Source: Octopus sinensis
Lineage: Eukaryota
Length of the DNA: 64,000 nt
Direction: 5' to 3'
Assembly (NCBI RefSeq): GCF_006345805.1
Contig: NC_043000.1
Location: 155,372,001-155,436,000, forward strand
Part shown: positions 25,895 to 37,821 of the stretch, piece by piece
How positions within the stretch are numbered: position 1 is the stretch's first letter
Layout of the letters: every line of letters begins with the position of its first letter
Notes under the pieces: generated by a model
Seen by the model: only the letters and a program-made list of their open reading frames with translations
What the model was told of the DNA's origin: nothing
The model's database searches: none
Program-made: the position numbers and the translations under genes

Positions 25895-26049
25895 CACACA
25901 CACACACGTACACACACACACACACACACACACATATATCTATCTATATATATATATGTATGTACGTATGTATGTATATATACACACACACATATATATT
26001 GATATTGTCGTCGTTGAATTTTTGAATTTCTGAATTCAATTGTGTTGTT

Positions 26050-26948
26050 GCAATAAAAGGTGTGTTTACGTTTTCAATTACTCAGGGAGAGTCAAAAAGA
26101 AAAGAAAACAAGTTGCAGATAGTAAAATTCTAAGATTTACTAAATATGGTATTTTGTATGACCGCACGGAGAGAAATAGTAGTGTTCTTAGAATAGTGTG
26201 TTCGAAAACAGTAGGTATGTAAGTTTCCTAACTTACTAATATTTTGAGGGAGAGTTAAAATATTCACAGGAAATTGCAGATATTCCAGTCTTTTGGGAAT
26301 AGTAGGAGGAAGAGATGTTCACCTTGTTGGATTTTTGAATTTCTTTTTCTTTTGGAATTTTTCTTTTCTCTTTAAAAGTTTTGCTGTGGTTTACAGTTTT
26401 TGTAGTTGTGCAGTATGTATATATTGGCAGGTGCTTACTTCCTTAATTTTTTATCGTGCGTTTAATTGTGCTGTTACAATAAAAGGCATGTTTACATATT
26501 CTGTTAGTCAGGGAAGAAACGAAAACAAATGTTCCCAAAAAACTGGAGATATTAAAGTTTCTAAATTTTTTTAGGTGTTCGTTTGTATATCTGTTCAGAG
26601 AAAACGGGGTGTTTTTTTTTCAATAAAAAGGATGTTTACATTTTCGAATATTGAGGGGAAAAGGAACCAAAAGAAAAGGGACGTAAAATTTTTTTTTCGC
26701 AGAAAATTTTAGATATAAAGTTTTAAACATTTACTGGCGATATCATTTGTCTGTCAGAACAGAGAATACTGTTGTGTTCTTGGAATAAAGAGGATGTTTA
26801 CATTTCCAAATAGTCAGGGGGAAAGGGAAAATGATGGGTATTTACAAAAGGTGTAGATATTAAAGGTTTTAAAGCTGATTGTTTATGTGTATTTAGGGAA
26901 ATTCAAAAATACACACAGGAAACTGTAGATATTCCAGGAAACTGTAGA

Positions 26949-26950
<2 letters not shown>
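26050..26950. repeat. Diverged ~150-bp tandem repeat
   Basis: Core AATAAAAGG..TGTTTAC.TTT....TA.TCAGGG at 26051, 26477, 26621 and 26783. Confidence 0.6.
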
Positions 26951-26980
<30 letters not shown>

Positions 26981-26998
26981 GTTATTATTATTATTATT

Positions 26999-28037
26999 AC
27001 TTTTTTTTTTCTTCTTTCAAATTTGCTTCCATTTCTTGCCGAGTGTCTTCCCGACTCCTAGGGCAAAGAAACTCATAGTATATATTGGTAGGCCATTAAA
27101 CCAAACTCAGTTCGTTCATTTTTTTTTTTTTTTTTTTTTTTAAGTTAAATTAAAATACATGAGCAGCAACAGTTCTCACATCGACAATGCTCTTCTCAAT
27201 ACGTGTGATGTACCAGTTACGACAATCTTTTGCACTTCTTGCAGGGATGGTAAGCCAGGGATCATTCTCATATAATTTTCGGTTCCCTTCTTGATCATTC
27301 CTAGTGCTCCTACGATCACTGGTATTGTAACCACCTTGAGATGCCACATTTTCTCAATTTCAATGAGTAGGTCTTTATATTTTCTGAGCTTGTCAAACTC
27401 TTTCGCTGAGATATTATGATCACAGGGGATGCTCATGTCGATCAATAAGCAAACTTTATTGTTTTGGTCTTTCACAACAATATCTGGTTTATTGGCCTTG
27501 ATGGTTCGGTCTGTATGTACTGGAAAGTCCCACAGAATGGTTACATTTTCTCCTTCAGTTACAGCCTCAGGGTGGTGATTATACCACTTGTCGGCAGTTT
27601 TGATATTGTAATGCCGACTTATTAGCCAGTGGAGATATTGGCCAACTCTGTCATGTCTTAATTTATACTCCACTGGTGCTAAGACTTTACATCCAGAGAT
27701 TAGGTGGTCCAGTGTTTCAATCATGTTGTTGCAGAATCGGCATTTTGGGTCTGCTCCATTGTTCATCACATTGGCCTGGTAGTTCCGGGTTAATAGGCTT
27801 TGGTCTTGAGCAGCCAGGATGAAACCTTCGCTCTCTGCTTTTAGCCGTGAGCTCCGTAGCCACTGATGGGTTTGCTTCTGGTCAACATCAGCTTGTTTGC
27901 TGCGGGTCACATATTTGCCGTGCAGAGGTTTCTCCTCCCACCTATCAGCCAATTGCTCGTGCGCTTTTTTCATTGCCATCATTTTCACCTTCTTTGCAAC
28001 AATAGTTGCCGTACTTCCCTCGGGTTGTTCAGTTTGG

Positions 28038-28039
<2 letters not shown>
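26999..28039 (-). mobile_element. R4/Dong-type RLE non-LTR retrotransposon, 5'-truncated, between (TAA)n tracts
   Basis: Open 270-aa ORF with CRFC...HLISGC zinc knuckle, RHD, KPDIVV...D and KY RLE motifs. (TAA)n lies at 26951-26998 and 28040-28103. Confidence 0.92.
27176..27988 (-). CDS. C-terminal CCHC + restriction-like endonuclease domain of the R4/Dong ORF
   Basis: ORF track, uninterrupted. Confidence 0.88.
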   Translation of the reverse strand: MKMMAMKKAHEQLADRWEEKPLHGKYVTRSKQADVDQKQTHQWLRSSRLKAESEGFILAAQDQSLLTRNYQANVMNNGADPKCRFCNNMIETLDHLISGCKVLAPVEYKLRHDRVGQYLHWLISRHYNIKTADKWYNHHPEAVTEGENVTILWDFPVHTDRTIKANKPDIVVKDQNNKVCLLIDMSIPCDHNISAKEFDKLRKYKDLLIEIEKMWHLKVVTIPVIVGALGMIKKGTENYMRMIPGLPSLQEVQKIVVTGTSHVLRRALSM

Positions 28040-28103
<64 letters not shown>

Positions 28104-28503
28104 GAGTGAGAGAGCAGGTCATGCCATCAGAGTGACACTGGGGTAAAATATGCGAAGCCCAATATACCCAGGTCCATGATTAAGGGTTGTTTAAGGATGT
28201 TGAATGAACCACCCATGTTTCCAGAGGTGAATTATTCAAATCCCAAAGAATCCCTCTCAACACATGGCTATGATGCTCCCCCACTACTTCTGCTCGTGAT
28301 CAGAGATGCACATATCGTCAGCCACTAAGGGACATGCTCAACTGGTTAAGGTCAAACAACTGACAAGCAAATCTGTGCTATTGAGCAGAATATTTGCTGT
28401 AGCCCATCTTTTATACCAAGACAACACAATGTACATGATAACACTTCCAATCAGTTAAGATCAGAAGCCATGAGAGCCACTGCCTGGTACTGCATCAGGG
28501 CAT
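28104..28503. repeat. ~400-bp non-coding interspersed element bounded by (TAA)n tracts
   Basis: Complex sequence with sharp boundaries to (ATT)n on both sides and no meaningful ORF. Repetitive status is inferred. Confidence 0.5.
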
Positions 28504-28563
28504 TTATTATTATTATTATTGTTATTATTATTATTATTATATTATTATTATTATTATTATTAC

Positions 28564-28619
<56 letters not shown>

Positions 28620-28647
28620 TATTATTATTATCATCATCATTATTATT

Positions 28648-28936
28648 GCCTTTGCACAGCTTCTAAAAAATGTACTACGGTGTCAGCTGTTCACTACCAG
28701 TGAACTAAGGTAACACCTCTTATTTTTCGAGCGCCTTCCGGAAGATTCGAGCGGTTCCAAGCAATGCTGTTTTTTTGCAAGTGCTACACCGTTTTTGCAG
28801 CTCCTGTTTATTCCACGTACGTCTCAAGATTTTTACTCACTGTTCCCAGGGCTGCGACAATTATTGGTACCACTACCACGTTTTTCATCGACCACAACAA
28901 CTTAACCACTCAAGCTAACCAGTCATATCTATCGTC
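28648..28936 (-). mobile_element. Short R4/Dong 3' fragment, tandem copy 1
   Basis: DDRYDWLA...VVVVPIIVAALGTVSKNLE... homologous to 25117-25403. Confidence 0.82.
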
Positions 28937-29005
28937 TATTACTATTATTATTATTATATTATTATTATTATTATTTATTATTATTATTATTATATTATAT
29001 TATTA

Positions 29006-29043
<38 letters not shown>

Positions 29044-29074
29044 TATTATTATTATTATCATCATCATTATTATT

Positions 29075-29363
29075 GCCTTTGCACAGCTTCTAAAAAATGT
29101 ACTACGGTGTCAGCTGTTCACTACCAGTGAACTAAGGTAACACCTCTTATTTTTCGAGCGCCTTCCGGAAGATTCGAGCGGTTCCAAGCAATGCTGTTTT
29201 TTTGCAAGTGCTACACCGTTTTTGCAGCTCCTGTTTATTCCACATACGTCTCAAGATTTTTACTCACTGTTCCCAGGGCTGCGACAATTATTGGTACCAC
29301 TACCACGTTTTTCATCGACCACAACAACTTAACCACTCAAGCTAACCAGTCATATCTATCGTC
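29075..29363 (-). mobile_element. Short R4/Dong 3' fragment, tandem copy 2
   Basis: Essentially identical to 28648-28936 (I see one substitution). Offset 427 bp. Confidence 0.82.
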
Positions 29364-29370
29364 TTATTAC

Positions 29371-29452
<82 letters not shown>

Positions 29453-30493
29453 TTAATTATTATTATCATTGCAGGAATTTCCAAGACTGGTTGAAGGAGG
29501 AGGTGAAATTACAGGGAAAGAAATGGTTTGAAGTTTCACAACAGAATGACTCATCTAAAGCTACGAATTAGCCAGGTGATAATCAAAGTGATGTATTGGA
29601 GAACATCTGCACACTATACTAATATACTGGTGTAACTTTCTCAACTTACAAGGTTTCTTTTACAAGCGCAACAAAAGGATTCATGTAATATTCATGCTGA
29701 GATTTAGGAGAAATACTTAGGCTACTGATAGTCAAAGCATCAAACTAATTCGTTGCTAATCATTTAAAAATCCTGTATGCAGATATATCTTGATTAAATT
29801 TCCATCTGATATCCTGCGTGAACATTTAAGCTAGTCATGATACTTCTCCAGGCTGACTAACATTTAGATTTAGTGTCTGATATCGTCAACAAGCAACCGT
29901 TAAGTTGCGTCAGATTAGTTGTTTATTTTTCCAAACCGAATTATATAATCTTCAAGTTTTATCAACATAAATTACAGGGCATTCATCAACAATATAAACA
30001 AGGGATCCGATAGACCTTATTCTTGAAATACGTGTCAGAGATAATATATTTCATCAGATATATTAATCCACTTTATCTGCATTTACCTTTGGGATTTGCT
30101 TCGGGATTAGGTCAAAGGTTTCAAGTTTTGATTATTTTTGCTGCTATTTTAACAAGGCGTTGTTCCTCAGGCATTCTTAGGTTATGTATAGACATACATA
30201 AATACATAAACATAGACAGACAGACATACACATACGCACGCTCGCAAGCATGCACACCCGCGCGTGCGCGCACAAACAGGCTTATATATGTGTATATGTG
30301 TGTACATGCGCATTTATAAGTGTATGTATGTAGGTACGGACGAATTTTTGTGCAGTACAAATAGGTACCTAGATAAATAGACAGACATACAGATAGATAG
30401 ATAAATAGATAGACAGATAGATACATAAATAGATAGATAGATAGATAGATACATACATACATACATACATACATACATACATACATACATTCA

Positions 30494-30866
30494 TACTCTT
30501 TACTCTTTTACTTGTTTCAGTCATTTCAACACCGCCTTTTGTCGAGCAAATCGACCCCAGGACTTATTCTTTGTAAGCCTAGTCAAAGGTCTCTTTTGCC
30601 GAACCGCTAAGTTACGGGGACGTAAACACACCAGCATCGGTTGTCAAGCGATGTTGGGGGAAAAAACACAGACACACACACACACACACATATACATATA
30701 TATATGCATATGTACGACAGGCTTCTTTCAGTTTCCGTCTACCAAATCCACTCACATGGCTTTGGTCGGCCCGAGGCTATAGTAGAAGACACTCGCCCAA
30801 GGTGCCACGCAGTGGGAATGAACCCAGAACCATGTTGCTGGTAAGCAAGCTACTCATCACAAAGCC
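30494..30866 (-). mobile_element. SINE family A
   Basis: Reverse complement of the family A head and tail; small internal deletion. Confidence 0.88.
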
Positions 30867-31554
30867 AGTCGTTATACATAGAAGTATCATGTGAATCTTT
30901 AGATACGAAAAATAGCTTGAAAAACTTGAGATATATTGCATGCGTATGTGCATATTTGCAAGCATATACCTGTCTACCACGTTTCTCTCTTTCTTCGCGC
31001 CCATCTTCTATTTATTTAGTTCTCTCTATCTATCCCTTTCCTTTCTACCCATCTTCACTCACAGTTTTTATACCCGGTGTAAAACGTTTCTGCAGAGTTT
31101 CGGAAGCCTTCGTTCACATTTCGTTGTAGTTCTTGTTAGTAGACAAGAAGATGGTATTTATATAGACTAATCTTCATCATGTTGTTGATACGTGTTATCC
31201 GATGCATTTGGCTAGAAAACTACTAACTGCTTGTTTGCGAAGTGAACATCAGTTCTTATAATATGCCATTCACACATCTGCTCTCAACAGAAACCATATA
31301 TACTGACAGTAGTTGTTTATTAGTAACTGTACAGGGTTGTTGAAAACTCGCAAATCGTCAGCGACATACGTTTTCTCTAGTTTTCAGTTGCTCGGTCAAT
31401 GTACCAATCGGTAAATAGATACCGCGTTCCTGGTAAGTGTTTCTTTGGCTTATGTTATTGCAGAGCTACTACCAGATCACTGTATCAGCCATTTCTAACA
31501 CCGTTGTCCAGAAATTGCACGATATAAAGAAATTTCAACAACAACAATATCAGA

Positions 31555-31792
31555 GGAATATATTTCTTTACTACCCACAAGGGTCTAAACACAGAGGGGA
31601 CAAACAAGGACAGACAAAGTGATTAAGTCGATTCCATCAACCCCAGTGCGTAACTGGTACTTAATTTATCGACTCCGAAAGGATGAAAGGCAAAGTCGAC
31701 CTCGGCGGAATTTGAACTCAGAACGTAACGGCAGACGAAATACGGCTACGCATTTCGCCAGGTGTGCTAACGTTTCTGCCAGCTCGCCACCT
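31555..31792 (-). mobile_element. SINE family B, full length
   Basis: Reverse complement of the family B consensus. Confidence 0.88.
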
Positions 31793-32783
31793 GTATCAGA
31801 GGAATACTGAACTTCTTTCACGAGACAAGTATATATCCCAAAGGAGAGTTTAATATATTTTCCCTTTTAGTTTAGAATAAATAACGTCTGTGTCAAGCGA
31901 TTTACCTTACATGTAATTCATAGTAATACCAGTTGCTTTAAAGTAAATCAAAGCCTGTGTATGACCAGTGGGAGAATTCATTCTGCTGAATATAAAACTA
32001 CATTTCACAATAATCCTTACAGTATACAGTGTATTTGTGTATTATTGAAACAAACATTTACATTCATCATTAAGTGGCGACTTTTGATCGCCACTGGATG
32101 TCTAATTTGATCAAAGAAATTAAATTAAGAATTACCAGTTTCTAATTTCTTTTTTCTTTTTCTAACCAGGAAAGCCTCCGGCAGATTAGTATCTATTTAA
32201 AATATCCATTTTTGTCTTTTATTATTATTATTAGTTTTATTTTATATAACGCTTTTCAATATCCCACTACAATATAATATATTATTTTATTATTAGATTC
32301 ATAAAAATGGTTCCATTTGTGCATTGCTGGAATTTTGTAAGGAAACAAGATCTCATACTTATTAGTATAAGATGATATGCTGCCATGTTGAAGCCTTTTC
32401 TAAGTACACTGATGGTGTAAGAGAAGTAAAGTAGCCTTTCAGTAAAGCGGATACAATTATAAAACGAAACTTTATCGCATACTGCACTAAGACTTTAACT
32501 GTTATCTTTCGGACCTAGAAACCATTTATTTTCTCGTCCTACATTGGGGCTTTACTGGTTCCACGTCCAAATACATGAAATAAATGTTACCATTATTGTC
32601 ATGTGCTTGTCAATTATACATTCTCATGTCCTTTGTATCAATAAATTTAACTTGAGTTTGGCACATATTTATAGTAAGATTATCTAGACCCTTGGCAATG
32701 AAGTAGTATAGTGGTTTATTACACACATGTGAGTGAGAACACTTTGAGATATTTTTGGTATCTAACATATGTCAGAGACTGCG

Positions 32784-32884
32784 AGCGCTGCTTCTGATTG
32801 GTCAATCCATGGTGATGAACCGAGGTCACGGTGACAGCGCTGCTTCTGATTGGTCAATCCATGGTGATGACTTGAGGTCACGGT
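32784..32884. repeat. 52-bp tandem duplication containing CTGATTGGTC
   Basis: AGCGCTGCTTCTGATTGGTCAATCCATGGTGATGA at 32784 and 32836. Confidence 0.9.
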
Positions 32885-32983
32885 AATGGCACTACTTTTG
32901 TCATTCATAAGTTACAACTAAACGTGAAGAATTTAGTTATTGGGTTAATAAAATATGGTCGTTTATTCGTGTGTAATAAATAA

Positions 32984-33097
32984 AATACCAAACTCATTCC
33001 CTATGGATACCGTATTTATTACAACTCGTGGCTTGTAAACGTTTACAAGCCACTCGTTGTAATAAATACGGTATCCATAGGGAACTCGTTTGGTATT
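32984..33097. mobile_element. Loopless 114-bp palindrome (MITE-like)
   Basis: Two 57-bp arms centred on GTAAAC|GTTTAC. Confidence 0.75.
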
Positions 33098-33529
33098 CTC
33101 TATATATCGCAACGCCAATGACTGGGCGAAGTTCAGGTTTGTAACCTGAAACTTAGCAGATTTTCAGGTTGAAAACTTTAAAATCTGTTAGGCTATCACG
33201 ATTCCGATTTGACTGGCTGTAACTTTCAAAATCTCCATTACATTCTGTTGAAAAGACGATATGAAAGATCAATGATGTATACATTATGGAGACTTTTTCA
33301 GCTACAACAATAGAATATTCCTGATAAGAAATGCTAATAATGTTGATATCTTTCTGTCGTCGTAATCATTTTGCTGTTGTATCATCGGTTACTCAGTAAT
33401 CGAAATTAGTTTTTCCAGGAGTTGAGTAGGATAAACTTAATTTCGTAATTCATCACGAAAATTGAGTGAATTAGATAAACATGATGCCAGCTTTTTTAAT
33501 AGTTTGATTTGGAGAAAGAGCGGTGATGA

Positions 33530-33900
33530 TAGCCTTCATAACCCTCTGAGATCGATGTCATCGACGCTGCAGATGTTTTTATTGAACAGATGAAGTTTAA
33601 AGGTTGTTGGTTGAAAATATGAACAGAAAAAGAATCCAGATATTAACAGCTTGGAGAGGAAAGGCTGATAGAAGTGCTTAATGTGGAACCCCGGTGAGGA
33701 AGAACAATATGGAGGGGAGTTAGGTGAGTCAGGTGAGCCCTGTGTATGTGTGGCACGAGCCGAACTAACTATGAAGGTAGCAGTAGCAGCGGTAAAAAAA
33801 TGGTAAAGTAAGGAGGCAGCAAGTCTGTGGATCAGAGGTTGGAATCTGATAGTGAAGCGCCTTTTTGTCAATTCAGTTAGGTTAATTTTTGATTTCGTTT
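33530..33900 (-). mobile_element. Degenerate CR1/Jockey-group LINE 3' end
   Basis: FQPLIHRLAASLLYHFF ... HFYQPFLSK ... FKLHLFN resembles the LQPLAHRR..SL..FYRY C-terminal motif. Confidence 0.5.
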
Positions 33901-35394
33901 AGAATGTCTGTGGGTAGTAAGAACAGATGCGGGAAGAATATTCCAGTGTGGGTGTCACTTGGACTACAGTCTATAATTGTTGGGAGCTGAAGTACAGTCT
34001 TGTTTTATGTCACAGTTTTTTGTTGTGATGATGATGTGAAATTGCCAGAAGAGATAAAGAGAGTTCTATGAGAGTTCTGGTTGCATGTTGTTCATGTTTT
34101 GAAGGGGAGGGGAAATTTATTATTATTTTCTCTTTCTCATCTTTTTTTATTATGTATCTTTGTTGCTGCTAAAGGAGACAAAACAGCATTGCCCTATTGG
34201 ATAATGTTTTCAATGTTTCTGTTCTTGCTTTAAATGTTCTAAAACTCTCTTCCCACTCAATTACAATAATTAAAAGCTAGCCAAGATTCTTTGAAAAACA
34301 TTCTCGCCTTTATAAGTGCTCGGTATATATTTTTTTTTGTCCTTTATCTTTTTTTTTTTTAGCTTTTTCTTTAATAGTTTGTAAATGTTGCGTGGGATTG
34401 AAAAAGCAGTATAAAATAAGACTGTTTAAAACTATTAACGAACAAGGTAGTGGAAGTGGTGGCAACAGTCTCAAAATATTCTAATTACGAATATTCTGGG
34501 TGGCGTCGCAGTTCCTTAGAATGTGGACTTTATGAACCGAAACTGGGCCATTGTTATTGGATAACATATACAAATAACTATTGCTCCCTTTATCTTAGTG
34601 AAAATATTAAGTTATCCCTCATGCATTTTTCTTTCTGCTTTTCTCTCAAACAAAAAGAAACAAAATAAACTAAAACGCATGAAAAAAAAGTGTTTTTAGT
34701 TAAATTTTCTTTTCAAATTCAACACTAACCAAACATTGCAAATAGTATATATTTCGTTTTTGCTTTCAAATTGTTTTATTTTTGTGTTACTTTTTATGAA
34801 AGTAGTTATCAGTTTGCAGTGAGGTAAATCTATGTGTAACATTACCCTAACGATATCTATAATGAAAAAACTACTAGAAAGTTCCACGAGGGATACCTAC
34901 TTACACGTTGGCTTGTAAAGAATATTAATTGCGATATATGAATCGTTCTTAGCTGGCGGGCAAAGATTTTACACGTTCTTCACTTTTAATTCTCGATTCT
35001 ACTGATGCAGGTAGATAAGCCAAGCTGTGTTAGCTAGGAAGTGCACTTTACGAAATGACTCCTATACAAACATGTAATCTTGAAACGAGTGTAGGTTTAT
35101 GAAAGTAAGTAGTAAAATTAAGCAGTCAGTCACAGCCAGACTGAGAGGAAATAGTTCTGGTAACCCGGAATATCCTTTATTTTTTATTTTTTCGACCTCT
35201 TACTAGAGTTAATAGGCAATTTCTTTCTTCAATAACCCGTTTCCTGCTTCGGTTTTGGGAATGTTTAAATTCGAATCCCCATCATACAAAAGTCAAATAT
35301 CTCATTATACAACACACACACACACACGCACACACACAAGCACGCATCCACGCACACATACAAAGAAATGACTAGATATACATATACACATAGC

Positions 35395-35627
35395 TATTTC
35401 TTTATTACCCACAAGGGGCTAAACGTAGAGGGGACAAACAAGGACAGACATAGATATTAAGTCGATTACATCAACCCCAGTGCGTAACTGGTGCTTAATT
35501 TATCGACCCCGAAAGGATGAAAGGCAAAGTCGATCTCGGCTGAATTTGAACTCAGAACGTAACGGCAGAAGAAATACCGCAAAGCATTCCGCCCGGCGTG
35601 CTAACGTTTCTGCCAGCTCGCCGCCTT
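35395..35627 (-). mobile_element. SINE family B, full length
   Basis: Reverse complement of the family B consensus. Confidence 0.88.
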
Positions 35628-36085
35628 ATACACATACACATACCTGTTTACGTACACATTTAAAAATATGCACATAGTCACATGGATATCCATATTTATA
35701 CACCTTCAACCGTAATAACTCTAACAATAGTGATATCATGAGATCAACCTTAGAATATCACTGGTAGGTGTTTTCTTTATTTTCGATTGATTGAGAGGAA
35801 AATAAAAGACATCGCTGCGATCTTAGCCTTGAAATTTGAAGCTAAATTGCAACGTTTAGAATTATTTTGTCTATCATCATCTCTTAAAATTGTTTTAAGT
35901 GTGAAACACTCTGGGCTGATAATGTCAAATGCTATAATTCGGGGACAAAATTTTCAATGACATACGAATTCAATCTGAAACTGGTTGCTGTGCTCTTCGT
36001 CAATGTTGTATCGCACATTCGACGAACGATATAACAGGATAATGATAATGTCTTTGCAAATCGTTCTATTCAGGATACTGGTAAT

Positions 36086-36474
36086 GTGGATGGAAGCACT
36101 CCGTCGGTTACGACGATGAGGGTCCCGGTTGATCCGAATCAACGGAACAGCCTGCTCATGAAATTAACGTGTAAGTGGCTGAGCACTCCACAGACACGTG
36201 CACTCTTAACGTAGTTCTCGGGGATATTCAGCGTGACACAGAGAGTGACAAGGCCGGCCCCTTGAAATACAGGTACAACAGAAACAGGAAGTAAGAGTGA
36301 GAGAAAGTCGTGGTGAAAGAGTACAGCAGGGATCACCACCATCCCTGCCGGAGCCTCGTGGAGCTTTTAGGTCTTTTCGCTCAATGAACACTCACAACGC
36401 CCGGTCTGGCAATCGAAACCGCGATCCTACGACCGCGAGTCCGCTGCCCTAACCACTGGGCCATTGCGCCTCCG
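36086..36474 (-). mobile_element. SINE family C with tail type 2, 13-bp TSD
   Basis: TSD GGATACTGGTAAT at 36073-36085 and 36475-36487. Confidence 0.92.
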
Positions 36475-37821
36475 GGATACTGGTAATAACCCTCGACAAT
36501 ACCCAGCTCTCGGCTTTACACTGCTCAAATGAATCTGCGTATGTCCATTTATATTGTGACACAGTCCACTAAGAGCCAACCAATAGGGTGTTCTAATTCC
36601 ACACAACACGTAACAAAGAACCATACCTATTTTTCCTCCTCTTCCTCCTGTTATCCCCATTACCGTAAATTACATCTTCAAACCGGCATAAGTCTTCACC
36701 CAGTCCTTCCTCACAAGAACTGCAGCTGCTTGAAATTTCTTCAACACCCACACTTTACCTACAAATGTTGATTTAGAGATATTCTAAATGAAACAGAAAT
36801 TTCACCAATCTGAAAGATTTACAGATATCATGGGCATTATTTCCCTCCCATGATAATCTTTGGTTTTTATCTTTTTTAAAGGCAAAGTTATAGTTACTGT
36901 TTAATAACAATTTGTAACATAGGAAAAAGATCAAGCAATTTTTGTTGGGTGGTCGATCATATCGACGGAGTAATACTTATTTTATCGACTCCGGAACGAT
37001 TAAAAGGAATATTGATATCGGAATGTTGATGTACAGTGAGATGCCGGAGCAGATTCATATTTTTACTGAGATACATCAACATTTTTCTTTCTTTTATTTT
37101 TCTTTGTTTTGACATTTTAACAAGACAGTGATTTGGAAAAATCTTTAAAGTGTCTGAAAAATTGCTTTGCAGTATTTGTTCCTTGGTACTAGATCATTTA
37201 GAGCATTTCTTCCTGTTGTTTGCAACTCGTACTCAAGAGCAGTAAACTTAATCTTTCAGGTTTCACACGATGACTTGGTCCTTGGGTGCTTTCAGCAGAG
37301 TTCACTTAGAGACAGGTATTCAGTCTAGATCTCTGGGTCGAGGATAACTTTCTCCCACTACTCTCGGAGATCACGAGGGTCATAGGTGCTGCCCTCTTCC
37401 TGTTGAATAAGCAATCAGAAAATACAACTACTTGCCGAAGTACTCTTATAATTGTCCTCTGAGTCAGTATTAGAGTACCTTTTACATCAGAATCACTGTG
37501 ATCAAGTGATTTCTTTGTCTCTCCATTAGGAATATTGTGTAATGGATTAATAGAATTAGGGCATTGGGCAAAATGTTACGAAGTGTTACTTTCGGCACGT
37601 TATGTTCAGAATTCAAATCCTGCCAAGGTTAACTTTGTCTTCCATCGTTCCGCTGTAAAATTGATCCACTAATCTATGAACACGAATCTCTGGACTAGTC
37701 TCTATATGAGAAACAAATATTGAAATAGCTGGCAGCGTTGATGAAGCTGCATACACGACTCTGTGTATGTGTGTAGGACTAAACTCAGTTTCCTCAATAT
37801 CACAATTTGACATCCCTTCAA

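Noticed and set aside
30135-30180. Minus-strand CTGAGGA-ACAA-cgcc-TTGT hammerhead-like fragment
   Set aside because: GAAA and stems I and III are not recoverable; too degenerate to support.
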